The notes under the pieces were generated by a model. The model saw only the letters and a list, made by a program, of their open reading frames with translations, was not told where the DNA came from and searched no databases. Positions 17,802 through 26,588 of a DNA stretch of 26,932 bases are shown here, in pieces. The stretch lies in contig JBGSMV010000050.1 in assembly GCA_041739995.1 (NCBI GenBank), positions 1 to 26,932 of the forward strand, read 5' to 3'. Positions within the stretch are counted from its first letter, which is position 1, and every line of letters starts with the position of its first letter. This stretch comes from Bdellovibrionota bacterium (GTDB taxonomy: Bacteria > Bdellovibrionota_C > UBA2361 > JBGSMV01). The position numbers and the translations under genes are program-made.

Positions 17802-17836
17802 ATCACTATTGATAATATAACATTATCGATAGTGAT
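17802..17836. other. Candidate tyrosine-recombinase crossover site (lox/rst-like)
   Basis: ATCACTATTGATAA-TATAACA-TTATCGATAGTGAT has 14-bp inverted arms with one mismatch around an asymmetric core, about 95 bp upstream of the recombinase start. Confidence 0.7.
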
Positions 17837-17931
17837 GCTATATAAGCCTTAAAAAGCATACTCTAGGCATCTCTTTGTCTATATGATATTTTTGAGTCTA
17901 CTCGAACAAGCAGGTCATCTACACTCATACT

Positions 17932-18891
17932 ATGCCCAAGACGCCCTCACCCCTGATCGACGATAAGGACTTATCCGCCCTTCACCAAGCTGCGAGGAAA
18001 TACGCACGCGCAGCGCTCTCGACGAATACTCAACGTGGGTACAGAAGCGACTTCGAAGACTTCGTACACTGGTGCCATCGGGTCAACCGCAAGTCACTTC
18101 CCGCATCGCCTGAGACTGTGGCGCTCTACCTCACTCAAATGTCACAACACCTAAAAACAAGCTCCCTTCGACGTCGGGTTACCGCCATCTGCCGCGCACA
18201 CGAGCTATCTAAATTTTCATCCCCGACTCTCGACAGCGGAGTCAAAACAGTCCTTCGCGGGATCATTCGAACCAAAGGAGAGGCCGCATCACACGCGGCC
18301 CCTACTCTGCTGAAGCATATCACTCGGCTTGTTTCAGCAATGCCTGATTCCCTAAAGGGGAAACGAGACACCGCTCTTCTTCTGCTTGGCTTCGCCGGGG
18401 GGTTTCGACGAAGCGAGCTTGTCGGGATCGATGTCGACGATGTTTCCCTCCACGAGGAAGGCTTAGTGGTGAATCTTTCTCGCAGCAAAACCGATCAGAC
18501 AGGAAGAGGTCGAAAGGTGCCGATCTGCTACGGTACCCACTCCCACCTATGCCCAGTACGAACATTCTTGTCGTGGTTGTCTGCCTCAAATATTACAACC
18601 GGCCCTGTTTTTCGTCCCGTAGATCAATGGGGCTCTCTTGGCGACGCCCGCCTTACTGCACAGTCAGTGAGGCTTGTCCTGAAAGAGGGATTACTTCGCG
18701 CCGGCATTTCACCACGAGGCTTCTCCGGTCACTCGCTGCGGGCCGGCTTTGTTACCGTAGCCTTTATCAATGGGGCGTCAGAGCGGGAGGTCCAAAGTAG
18801 TACAGGGCACGTCAATTCAAACGTATTGCGCCGTTATCACCGCGACGCCAACTTATTTCGACAGAGCGCCTCGAAGAAACTTGGGCTCTAG
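17932..18891 (+). CDS. Cre/TnpS-like site-specific tyrosine recombinase
   Basis: N-terminal SAM-like NTQRGYRSDF...LPASPETVALYL. The catalytic set is present: R (GGFRRSEL), K (SKTDQ), HxxR (GHSLRAG), H (TGH), Y (RRY). Confidence 0.93.
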   Translation: MPKTPSPLIDDKDLSALHQAARKYARAALSTNTQRGYRSDFEDFVHWCHRVNRKSLPASPETVALYLTQMSQHLKTSSLRRRVTAICRAHELSKFSSPTLDSGVKTVLRGIIRTKGEAASHAAPTLLKHITRLVSAMPDSLKGKRDTALLLLGFAGGFRRSELVGIDVDDVSLHEEGLVVNLSRSKTDQTGRGRKVPICYGTHSHLCPVRTFLSWLSASNITTGPVFRPVDQWGSLGDARLTAQSVRLVLKEGLLRAGISPRGFSGHSLRAGFVTVAFINGASEREVQSSTGHVNSNVLRRYHRDANLFRQSASKKLGL

Positions 18892-18968
18892 CGTCCACGT
18901 TCCCATTTGAGGGACCCCACATGTAGCGCTTAGTCGAATACCCTCAGAACCTTACAGAAGGTTCCTAA

Positions 18969-19487
18969 ATGCCAAGAGGTCGAATCATCATAGTCAGCGC
19001 CGTGGTCTCAGTTATTACAACTCTCTATGGCTACGCAGCCTACAGTCACTTCAATGGACCCCCTTTAGTATTCAACGGAACGCAAAGCGCACCACGCGGA
19101 TTCTACTACCGAGATCTCACTTCCACCCTTTCGCGGGGCACCCTCGTCGCATTCGCTGGTCCGCGCTTAGTAGAATCGCGGCTTCAGGGGAGGATTCCCA
19201 CTCGCAACACCCCCTATCTGCTTAAGCGAATCGGAGCCATCTCCGGCGACATAATCTGCGCACGCGGCAGCAGATTCCAAGTCAACGGCAGGCACCCACT
19301 TCGCATCCCGCGCCTATCACGTCGCGGGACTCGATTTCCGCGCTTGTTTCATGGCTGCACAACAGTCAAGGAGCACCAATGGCTACCCCTTGGGGTTCAT
19401 CTTCGAACAAGCTTCGATGGACGTTACTATGGGCCTCTAAATAGGGCTCTGATAGTGGGGGCATATAAGCCCCTTCTGACCTTCTAG
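18969..19487 (+). CDS. traF: Conjugative S26 peptidase TraF (pilin maturase)
   Basis: N-terminal TM, NGTQSAPRGFY (catalytic Ser), LLKRIGAISGD (catalytic Lys) and SFDGRYYGP. Confidence 0.88.
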   Translation: MPRGRIIIVSAVVSVITTLYGYAAYSHFNGPPLVFNGTQSAPRGFYYRDLTSTLSRGTLVAFAGPRLVESRLQGRIPTRNTPYLLKRIGAISGDIICARGSRFQVNGRHPLRIPRLSRRGTRFPRLFHGCTTVKEHQWLPLGVHLRTSFDGRYYGPLNRALIVGAYKPLLTF

Positions 19488-19565
19488 CCATTCCCATCCG
19501 AGCACCCCCTTCTACGCGCAACAAGCGCGGCATACTCCGCTCATTACATTGAACTCGGAGACTCT

Positions 19566-20696
19566 ATGCTCAGCTTTTTTCGCTACATTCCCCTCTCAAT
19601 AGCCCTCTGTTCCTCGCTCGCCATTGCAGCGCCGGACGTGGAGTTGGTTCCCGTGAAGTATTCCTACGCTCGAGCAACTCGAATAGTGGACCCTCGAGAA
19701 ACCAAACAAGTGATCTTCTATGCTCGCACACAGGGAAATATCTCCGACCACTTCTCCGTTCGGGTTACCGCCCCTAAAGGCGCGAAGGTCTTTATCCGCG
19801 GACTCAGAGGCACCCGACAGTTCTCAGGCTCTCTACGCGACTTTAGAAGATCCTTCCCCGTTAGATCTGAAACTCCGGCAGACACTAGGGTTCGTGGAGG
19901 GCAGTGCATCGAGTTTTCCCCGGGCGAAATTGCCGACGATGAGCAGGTTAACAAACGGGAGGTCACACACCCCGTGTGCGATCTTTTCCCGCCCGACAGT
20001 ATCGGAGCACTCGCCTCGGGACTCGGCCAACGGTTTGGCGGTAGTTGGAGCGCAGGGGAAACTTGCGGCTATATCGTAGACAACTACCTCGGAGGAGCTG
20101 GAGATTGTGACTGGGAGAATCTATCACCAGAGTGCGAAGAACTCCTTAACGAGCTATTCGGAGGCTTCCCTCCAGTATCCGAAGCTCGTGCACGGAAGAG
20201 TAGTCGGGACTCCTTCCGCACCCTTTCCGGAACATTCTCGCGAGACGCATGTGGCAGCGAGACAGAACCTTACATTTTCGCTGTTTACGTAGATCTGTCG
20301 CGAGCCAGCGTCGATCCCTCAGATCGCACCACCATTTCATACTGGGGCCAATCACGCAGACGTAGCGGGGGTCGCGAAGCATCCATTAAGCCAGTTTCTG
20401 ACGGTAAATATGCCCCGCGTCCTCTGATTCTTATGCGCTCGCTTGGGGCATGCGGACAGGAACTGAACGTGGTGCAGTGGAATGCCAAGAAGCCAACCCG
20501 CATCGTTAAGAGTCATCCGTACGATATGCTTCCCTATCACGGAATGATCCTCAACCGATCCCCTTTGGGCCCAGCAGAACTCACCGGGGGCATGGGCACG
20601 TTCGAACTCTCCAACTCATATGAGAGCTACGGAGTCTGCTTCAACCTTGTTGCGCAGCGCCAACGTGCTAACGGCTATCCAGGGGGCGAAAACTAG
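19566..20696 (+). CDS. Secreted hypothetical protein, Cys-rich
   Basis: GGAG RBS, a Sec-type signal peptide (MLSFFRYIPLSIALCSSLAIA) and 8 Cys in the mature part. No family recognised. Confidence 0.7.
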   Translation: MLSFFRYIPLSIALCSSLAIAAPDVELVPVKYSYARATRIVDPRETKQVIFYARTQGNISDHFSVRVTAPKGAKVFIRGLRGTRQFSGSLRDFRRSFPVRSETPADTRVRGGQCIEFSPGEIADDEQVNKREVTHPVCDLFPPDSIGALASGLGQRFGGSWSAGETCGYIVDNYLGGAGDCDWENLSPECEELLNELFGGFPPVSEARARKSSRDSFRTLSGTFSRDACGSETEPYIFAVYVDLSRASVDPSDRTTISYWGQSRRRSGGREASIKPVSDGKYAPRPLILMRSLGACGQELNVVQWNAKKPTRIVKSHPYDMLPYHGMILNRSPLGPAELTGGMGTFELSNSYESYGVCFNLVAQRQRANGYPGGEN

Positions 20697-20713
20697 AGGA
20701 GCGGAGTCTAGTC

Positions 20714-21667
20714 ATGAGCACAAACAACGCCCTCAGCGATGCACGTCGCCTCACAATGCTCGAATCCGCCTTGGGCCCTACCGCACTTGGCTATCTCGAC
20801 GATCCACAGGTCGTTGAAGTCATGCTTAATCCTGACGGGAAGCTGTGGATTGATCGCTTAGGAGATGGCCGGCAGTTCACGGGACATGTCTTTAGTCGAG
20901 AAGACGCAGAGCGAGTGATCAGCGTTATTGCCACTCGCATGGGAGCCGTCTGCAATCAAGAAACCCCTCTCCTTTCTGCCGAACTGCCAGGTTCTGGAGC
21001 TCGCTTCCAGGGTCAGGTTCCCCCAATAGTGGCATCACCATCGTTCACGATTCGGAAAAAGGCGGTGCGAATATTTCACCTTTCTGACTACATAAAGAAC
21101 AACATTATCTCCGCCAAACGCTCTGCATTTATTGAGCGCGCCGTGCATGAACGAAAGAACATTTTGATTGTTGGGGGCACAGGCTCGGGGAAAACCACCC
21201 TTGCTAACGCTATCCTTCAGGAGATCTCGAAGACCGGAGATCGGATTGTTACGATCGAGGACACACTGGAGCTTCAGTGCGAAGCGCCCGACTGGCTCAG
21301 CTTCAGAACCAAAGACGGGTCGGTTACAATGAACGATCTTCTGCGCGCCACCCTTCGCAATCGCCCGGACCGAATCGTTGTCGGAGAGGTCCGAGGCGCC
21401 GAGGCGCTCACTCTTCTCAAGGCATGGAACACAGGCCACTCCGGAGGCTGCGCCACAATCCATGCCGACTCTGCGGGACGAGGATTAAGCCGCCTTGAGC
21501 AACTTATCCAAGAAGCAAACGTAACTCCGTCCAAGGAGATGATTGCAGACGCGGTCAATATCGTTGTCTTCATTCAACGGACCCCCGAGGGTCGAAAAGT
21601 GACAGAAGTCGTTTCAGTGGATGGCCTTTCTGGAGGCCTCTACACACTTAGAGATATTGAGGAGTAG
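20714..21667 (+). CDS. trbB: P-type conjugative transfer ATPase TrbB (VirB11 family)
   Basis: MLESALGP...VVEVMLNPDGKLWIDRL, Walker A GGTGSGKTT, IEDTLELQC, RPDRIVVGEVRGAEA and WNTGHSGG...IHA. Confidence 0.96.
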   Translation: MSTNNALSDARRLTMLESALGPTALGYLDDPQVVEVMLNPDGKLWIDRLGDGRQFTGHVFSREDAERVISVIATRMGAVCNQETPLLSAELPGSGARFQGQVPPIVASPSFTIRKKAVRIFHLSDYIKNNIISAKRSAFIERAVHERKNILIVGGTGSGKTTLANAILQEISKTGDRIVTIEDTLELQCEAPDWLSFRTKDGSVTMNDLLRATLRNRPDRIVVGEVRGAEALTLLKAWNTGHSGGCATIHADSAGRGLSRLEQLIQEANVTPSKEMIADAVNIVVFIQRTPEGRKVTEVVSVDGLSGGLYTLRDIEE

Positions 21668-21671
21668 CAAT

Positions 21672-22334
21672 ATGCCACATCAAGAAGATCGCTTCATCCC
21701 ACTCCATCCCAATTACATCGATCAAGGGCTGCGCCTTGGGGTCTCAAAAGCCGCTCTTTCGGAAGCTCACCTTCCAATTCAACGCGACTCCGTCCTCGAA
21801 GGTGTCACTACACATCTTCGCCACCACACGCTACTCAACGCAGCTTCACGTCACCGCGGGTCAATCGTCGTTGCGATGGTTGCCGTCATGTGCGCAATCG
21901 CTTGCGTCACGGGAGTCTCCGTTGGGTGGTGGCGCCTCTCAACCGTGGAACGCACTGCTCGAATTCTCCCTTCAATCACCGCCCGCGAAACAGCCGCTCT
22001 CGACAATAAAATCGGAAATCTCGCACAGGTCGTGGCCACCCTAGTGAAGGAACTTAAGCGCTCATCCCCCGCCCCAGAAGCTAGCGCCCCTTCCATGGAA
22101 GCACTCCCAGCCCCAATCCCCGCACGTCACGCGAGGACCACAACTACGACTGGAGTAGTGTCGGTTAAGCGAGCCAGCCTTCACAGAGAGCCGACCTCGA
22201 CAAGCGAGGCCGTCATGCACCTCCCTCAGGGCACACGCGTTTTAGTTGAAGGCAAGGAAGGGGATTGGGTGCGTATTGTTTCTCCTCGAGGAACCGCAGC
22301 CTTTGTTCTCGCAAAATCAGTTAGCATTAGGTGA
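21672..22334 (+). CDS. Membrane-anchored protein with coiled coil, Pro/Thr linker and C-terminal bacterial SH3 domain
   Basis: TM IVVAMVAVMCAIACVTGVSVGWW and SH3b-like ASLHREPTSTSEAVMHLPQGTRV...GDWVRI. The start was moved to ATG 21672. Confidence 0.75.
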   Translation: MPHQEDRFIPLHPNYIDQGLRLGVSKAALSEAHLPIQRDSVLEGVTTHLRHHTLLNAASRHRGSIVVAMVAVMCAIACVTGVSVGWWRLSTVERTARILPSITARETAALDNKIGNLAQVVATLVKELKRSSPAPEASAPSMEALPAPIPARHARTTTTTGVVSVKRASLHREPTSTSEAVMHLPQGTRVLVEGKEGDWVRIVSPRGTAAFVLAKSVSIR

Positions 22335-22341
22335 GAAGGAT

Positions 22342-22821
22342 ATGCCGACACCATTCGATCTCCTTGGACTATTTCTATTGGGTCGAATTCTGACCTATGA
22401 ACCACCACCCCCTCCGCTAGTATTTCCATTAACCGCTAGTTCGCTCTCCAGCGCCTTTGGTCCTAGAAGCGACCCATTTTCGAAGGTCATATCGCATCAC
22501 TCAGGAGTAGACATTCCCGCCACTCAAGGCTCTCCAGTTAGATCTATCGCTAACGGACTTGTCGTTTTCTCTGATCGTTACGACGCATATGGTAATTTGA
22601 TAGTCATCCGACATGGCGACGAAGACACCACCAGCCACTACGGACATCTACGAGACATTCTCGTACGCACTGGGCAAAAGGTACGCGCAGGCCAGATCAT
22701 TGGGTCAGTCGGCAGCACCGGAAGAAGTACCGGACCGCATCTTCACCTCGAGATTCGGAAACAGGGCGTTGCCGTTGACCCACGGATCCTCCTCCCTGCC
22801 CTAAATGTGCCTAGTACCTAA
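22342..22821 (+). CDS. M23 family peptidoglycan metallopeptidase
   Basis: SSAFGPRSDP, HSGVD (HxxxD), YGNL, YGHL and STGPHLHLE (HxH). AAGGA RBS before ATG 22342. Confidence 0.93.
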   Translation: MPTPFDLLGLFLLGRILTYEPPPPPLVFPLTASSLSSAFGPRSDPFSKVISHHSGVDIPATQGSPVRSIANGLVVFSDRYDAYGNLIVIRHGDEDTTSHYGHLRDILVRTGQKVRAGQIIGSVGSTGRSTGPHLHLEIRKQGVAVDPRILLPALNVPST

Positions 22822-22830
22822 AGTACACGC

Positions 22831-23478
22831 TTAGGCGTTCGACGCCGCCTTAATGTCCGCAACGCCCTTTGGAAACAATAGGGTAAGACTGGTAGAGGGA
22901 AGAAGCTCTAGTTCCATCGGAATTTCGAGTTCGTCAGCGATCGCGTCTACGAATATCGCCCCCAGAGAATCTCTCTGAAGATACTGAGCAATACACTCAG
23001 TCATATTATCGAACCGCATGTTTCGCTGCTTATCAGCGGGCACGTGAAAGGGAGTATTGCCTTTCACCACCATTTTCACTGCCGGGCCGTCATCACTTAG
23101 AAGAATTCGATCGATTGGTGCAAGCACACTAAACGCATCCTGAAGCCCCCAGACGAGCAAACTACAGAGCTCGCGGTCAACCTCTACCGGCTCAACATCT
23201 CCGTCTACCCACACCTCCGCGCAACGTTCCTTAAGAACCTCCCGAAGAGCGATCGTGGTTGGATTAAGGTCTCGCGGCGCAAGCGCCGTAGGAGCCTTTA
23301 GGATATCCGCGATCTCATTACACTTTCGCTTTGCGCGCTCAAAATCTTCCTCAGGGATCATGCTCTTGAGAAAAAAGAGGTCATTGGACAAGACGGAAAG
23401 AGGCGTTCTCACTTGGTGATTCAAGTGACGCGCCATTGCAGTGAGCAATCGAAGTGCCTTGGATCTGTGCGGCCGCAT
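22831..23478 (-). CDS. HisKA-domain protein with degenerate ATPase domain (pseudo-kinase or phosphotransferase candidate)
   Basis: H-box LNHQVRTPLSVL. The N-box is missing and only G-box remnants remain (SDDGP, SLGAIFVDAI). Confidence 0.65.
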   Translation of the reverse strand: MRPHRSKALRLLTAMARHLNHQVRTPLSVLSNDLFFLKSMIPEEDFERAKRKCNEIADILKAPTALAPRDLNPTTIALREVLKERCAEVWVDGDVEPVEVDRELCSLLVWGLQDAFSVLAPIDRILLSDDGPAVKMVVKGNTPFHVPADKQRNMRFDNMTECIAQYLQRDSLGAIFVDAIADELEIPMELELLPSTSLTLLFPKGVADIKAASNA

Positions 23479-23480
23479 AA

Positions 23481-25331
23481 CTACTTCTCTCCAACCGCCT
23501 TAGAACGAACGCTCAACGCTTGCGCCACTTCCGCGAGCAGCCGCTCAGGTTCGATTGGCTTCTCTAGAGTTCGGACATCTACGAGCTCTTGCTCATCCGC
23601 CACACCGCTCCCTGAGAGCAGGATTAGCGGCATTGCCCTCTCTCGTCGTTCTATAAACTTAAGCACCTCTACCGCCGTACCGTCCCCGAGGTTCTTGTCA
23701 CAAAGAATGAGATTCGGCGTATCAAAGTTAAGGAGAGCAACTACGTCAGCAACACTATAGGCACGCAACGTCTTGTACCCCGCACGCTCCAGAATCCTCG
23801 CCGTGGTTCCCACCACATCACGATCGTCGTCTGCGAGTAATATAGTAACGCCCTCCAGGTGTGCCGCAGGACTTGGCTCCGACAGATCAAGGCTCGAAGT
23901 GTTGTGCCCGGGAACTTCCAGGGCGAACCTCGTCCCCTTCCCCTGCTCAGATTCTACACGGAGACTTCCACCATTGAGGTCCACCAGCACCTTACTTAAG
24001 GCGAGACCCAGCCCAATCCCATCTACAGACCGATCAAATCGCGTAAATGGAGTAAAGAGGGCATCCAAATTCTCCCTGCACATGCCTCGCCCCGTATCAA
24101 TAACGCTAATACAATAGCTGCCGGAGCCTGCTGCGGCACGCGAAACCACTACATTCACGCCTCCTTCGTCGGTGAACTTCAGCGCGTTACTAATGAGGTT
24201 TGTCAACACACGCTTTAGGTGGCGCGGATCCGCACGTACCAAACACTCGCGTTCGCTTGGCAGACTTATAGTCAAATTTAGCGCCTTCGCACGAGCCGTG
24301 GGCTGAAATGATCCCACCAATTCTTTCACCGTGGCTGCAAGATCCACTGTTTGTATATCCGCCGTGAGTTTACCCACTCGGTGACGCGCAAAATCGAGAA
24401 TTGAGGTGAGCAACTCGGTCATATTCTGAGCATTTGTCATGCCCATTTCAAGTAACTCGCTCCGCTCGTCTTCATTCTTTTCCTCGCGAAGTAGCGCAAA
24501 AATGTTCTTAATATTATTTAGCGGCGTTCGAATGTCGTGGGACATATGAGCGAGAAACTCACTCTTCTCTCGTGCGTCAGATTCCGCCTCGGCTACTTTG
24601 CCACTTAGATTTTGTACCACCGCAGCGGCCTGAACCTGTCGCGCTACTTCGTCTGCTCCTGCTCTAACAACATGAACCTCTAAGTCACTCGGCACTACCG
24701 GCTGCTGATAGCCAAACCATATGAGCCCACGTCGCGTCTTTCCATTTGTAACGCAGGCGACAGGGAAGCAGATAGCGTATCTAAATCCAAAAAATACCAG
24801 CTGTTGGGCGCCCTCTGTTACGAGCTCTATGCGTCCCGTGGGACCAAGCGATCCACCACTCTGAAGGTAGTGATCAAAATACTCACTCAACTCCCGCTCA
24901 AAGCGCTCACCCTTGGTTCCATGATAGGTAGCCATCGGCTCACCATCATCGGAATTCAAAATAATCGCCCCCGTATGGGCGCGGAGCTTGGGCTGAAGCT
25001 CCCGCATCACTTGAGCCATCGCATTACGCTCGTCCGCCAACACGTCACGACCAAGCTCGCTCGGGAGTCCCTCCGTCGGCGTCTTACTTTGTATCTGCTG
25101 GGCTAGGTCAATCTGCCACTCGAGTGAGTTTAGTCGGAATCGAATCGCCTCTAAGTGCCCCAAGAGCAACTTAGCTATGGAGGTAAGGAACTTCGCATTC
25201 GTCACCGCGGCCGACGCCTCTCCTCGCCCGATTCCCAAAAGCATCCGCCGAAGAGAGAGCACGTCCCAGAGCACACAACCAAGGTACGTTGCTGCACACA
25301 GAGACAGAAAAATTCCTACTGGAACTACCAC
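23481..25331 (-). CDS. Hybrid sensor histidine kinase (TM, GAF-like, HisKA, HATPase, REC)
   Basis: MSHDIRTPL, NLISNALKF, DTGRG, GIGLGLAL; REC domain LLADDD...ILCD...LEKP. Confidence 0.94.
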   Translation of the reverse strand: MVVPVGIFLSLCAATYLGCVLWDVLSLRRMLLGIGRGEASAAVTNAKFLTSIAKLLLGHLEAIRFRLNSLEWQIDLAQQIQSKTPTEGLPSELGRDVLADERNAMAQVMRELQPKLRAHTGAIILNSDDGEPMATYHGTKGERFERELSEYFDHYLQSGGSLGPTGRIELVTEGAQQLVFFGFRYAICFPVACVTNGKTRRGLIWFGYQQPVVPSDLEVHVVRAGADEVARQVQAAAVVQNLSGKVAEAESDAREKSEFLAHMSHDIRTPLNNIKNIFALLREEKNEDERSELLEMGMTNAQNMTELLTSILDFARHRVGKLTADIQTVDLAATVKELVGSFQPTARAKALNLTISLPSERECLVRADPRHLKRVLTNLISNALKFTDEGGVNVVVSRAAAGSGSYCISVIDTGRGMCRENLDALFTPFTRFDRSVDGIGLGLALSKVLVDLNGGSLRVESEQGKGTRFALEVPGHNTSSLDLSEPSPAAHLEGVTILLADDDRDVVGTTARILERAGYKTLRAYSVADVVALLNFDTPNLILCDKNLGDGTAVEVLKFIERRERAMPLILLSGSGVADEQELVDVRTLEKPIEPERLLAEVAQALSVRSKAVGEK

Positions 25332-25343
25332 ATCAATCTCCCA

Positions 25344-26588
25344 CTAGGCTGCCGGCTTTTGCGCACTGCGCTCTAACATTCGCTCAAGGTACCCAAGAAG
25401 CACTTTCGGATCTTCAGACTTCCCGACAAACGCATCCGCTCCGCTCTTTAGGCTAGTTAACTCCGCTTCTAAGGCCTCATCCGACGTAAGCATTATTATC
25501 GGAGTGGACTGAAATGCCGGGAGCATTCGCACTCTTCGCACGAAGGTAATTCCATCCATTTCAGGCATATGAATGTCACATAGAAGAACCGAGGGCTTAC
25601 ACTCCCCAAGCGTCAAGGCTTCTAGAGCCTGTGCGCCATCAGGATACCAACGACACCGCACTTTGGTGGTGGCAATTATCTTCCGCAGCACACTCGCGAT
25701 TGACGGATTGTCCTCTATCAGGACAACTTCACGGTCCGCGCCCCCAGTAATCACATGCAACTGCGCGACTTTCTCCGGCACTGCATCAGGGATAACCACT
25801 CGCTTGCGCCACGTTATATGCATTCCAAGCTGGGAGGTTGTGGTAACTGCCAGCAGCGGCATATCCAACGCTTGGCGAACTGGTGCCAGACACTCCGGCT
25901 CTGAGGTTGCGCGCGCAAGTAACTGAGCAACCTGTGCAGCCACAGACTCATCGACCGTACCGGTCGCCTCTCGCCCATCTACGCCCCACTCAGCCCGTGA
26001 ACGAGCTCGAAACGAATACTCAAGCGAGTTCTCTCGCGGCTTGATCCACGCCTCCGTTCCTGCGTACTTGCGAACCTCTCGAATGATTTCTTCCAAAGCA
26101 CGAGTCGGGGATGGCGCCTCTTTCCGATACTCTGACTGAGCCTCCGTAACATCAAGCTCGTGCCCTGACTGATCCCATGCGCTCTTAATCTCACCCCAGG
26201 GAGCTAGCGCGACAGGGAGTTTTGTTTGCTGAAGCGTCTCTGAGATTAGCCCCGGATCCACTGCGATTACACCGCGGATGAGACCCCCCTCACAGAATGG
26301 AATAGCACCGCCAGCAAAGAGCTTCTGTCGCAACTCCTGCGGACACCTCTTGGCGGGAAAGGCGGGCACCTCTCCTACTACCGGCAACCCCAGGACCTTG
26401 CCGACCTGCACCAAGAGTTCCCGCTGAGATACTCCAAGCGTCTGAGCTGCAAACTCTACCATACGGCGACGATCGGGAGACAATGCAGAGATAGCCTCAC
26501 GCTGCTTCTTGGTAAGAATAGTAGCAAACGCTCCCTCCATATTCAGAGGAGAACTTCGTGCTACCCATTTTTTAAGCCACGCGAACAT
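25344..26588 (-). CDS. Response regulator: PilB/GspE N-terminal-like domains fused to a C-terminal receiver domain
   Basis: REC domain VLIEDN...LLCDIHMPEMDG...IIMLTS...GADAFVGK. The N-terminal part resembles T2SSE N domains (VGKVLGLPVV...AIPF...IAVDP; LEEIIREVRKYAGTEAWIKP). Confidence 0.75.
   Translation of the reverse strand: MFAWLKKWVARSSPLNMEGAFATILTKKQREAISALSPDRRRMVEFAAQTLGVSQRELLVQVGKVLGLPVVGEVPAFPAKRCPQELRQKLFAGGAIPFCEGGLIRGVIAVDPGLISETLQQTKLPVALAPWGEIKSAWDQSGHELDVTEAQSEYRKEAPSPTRALEEIIREVRKYAGTEAWIKPRENSLEYSFRARSRAEWGVDGREATGTVDESVAAQVAQLLARATSEPECLAPVRQALDMPLLAVTTTSQLGMHITWRKRVVIPDAVPEKVAQLHVITGGADREVVLIEDNPSIASVLRKIIATTKVRCRWYPDGAQALEALTLGECKPSVLLCDIHMPEMDGITFVRRVRMLPAFQSTPIIMLTSDEALEAELTSLKSGADAFVGKSEDPKVLLGYLERMLERSAQKPAA

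Noticed and set aside
5556..18891. RNA-guided transposon (CAST) interpretation of CRISPR plus recombinase
   Set aside because: Cas3 and Cas1-Cas2 are intact, no TnsA/B/C or TniQ is present, and the recombinase has its own sequence-specific site.
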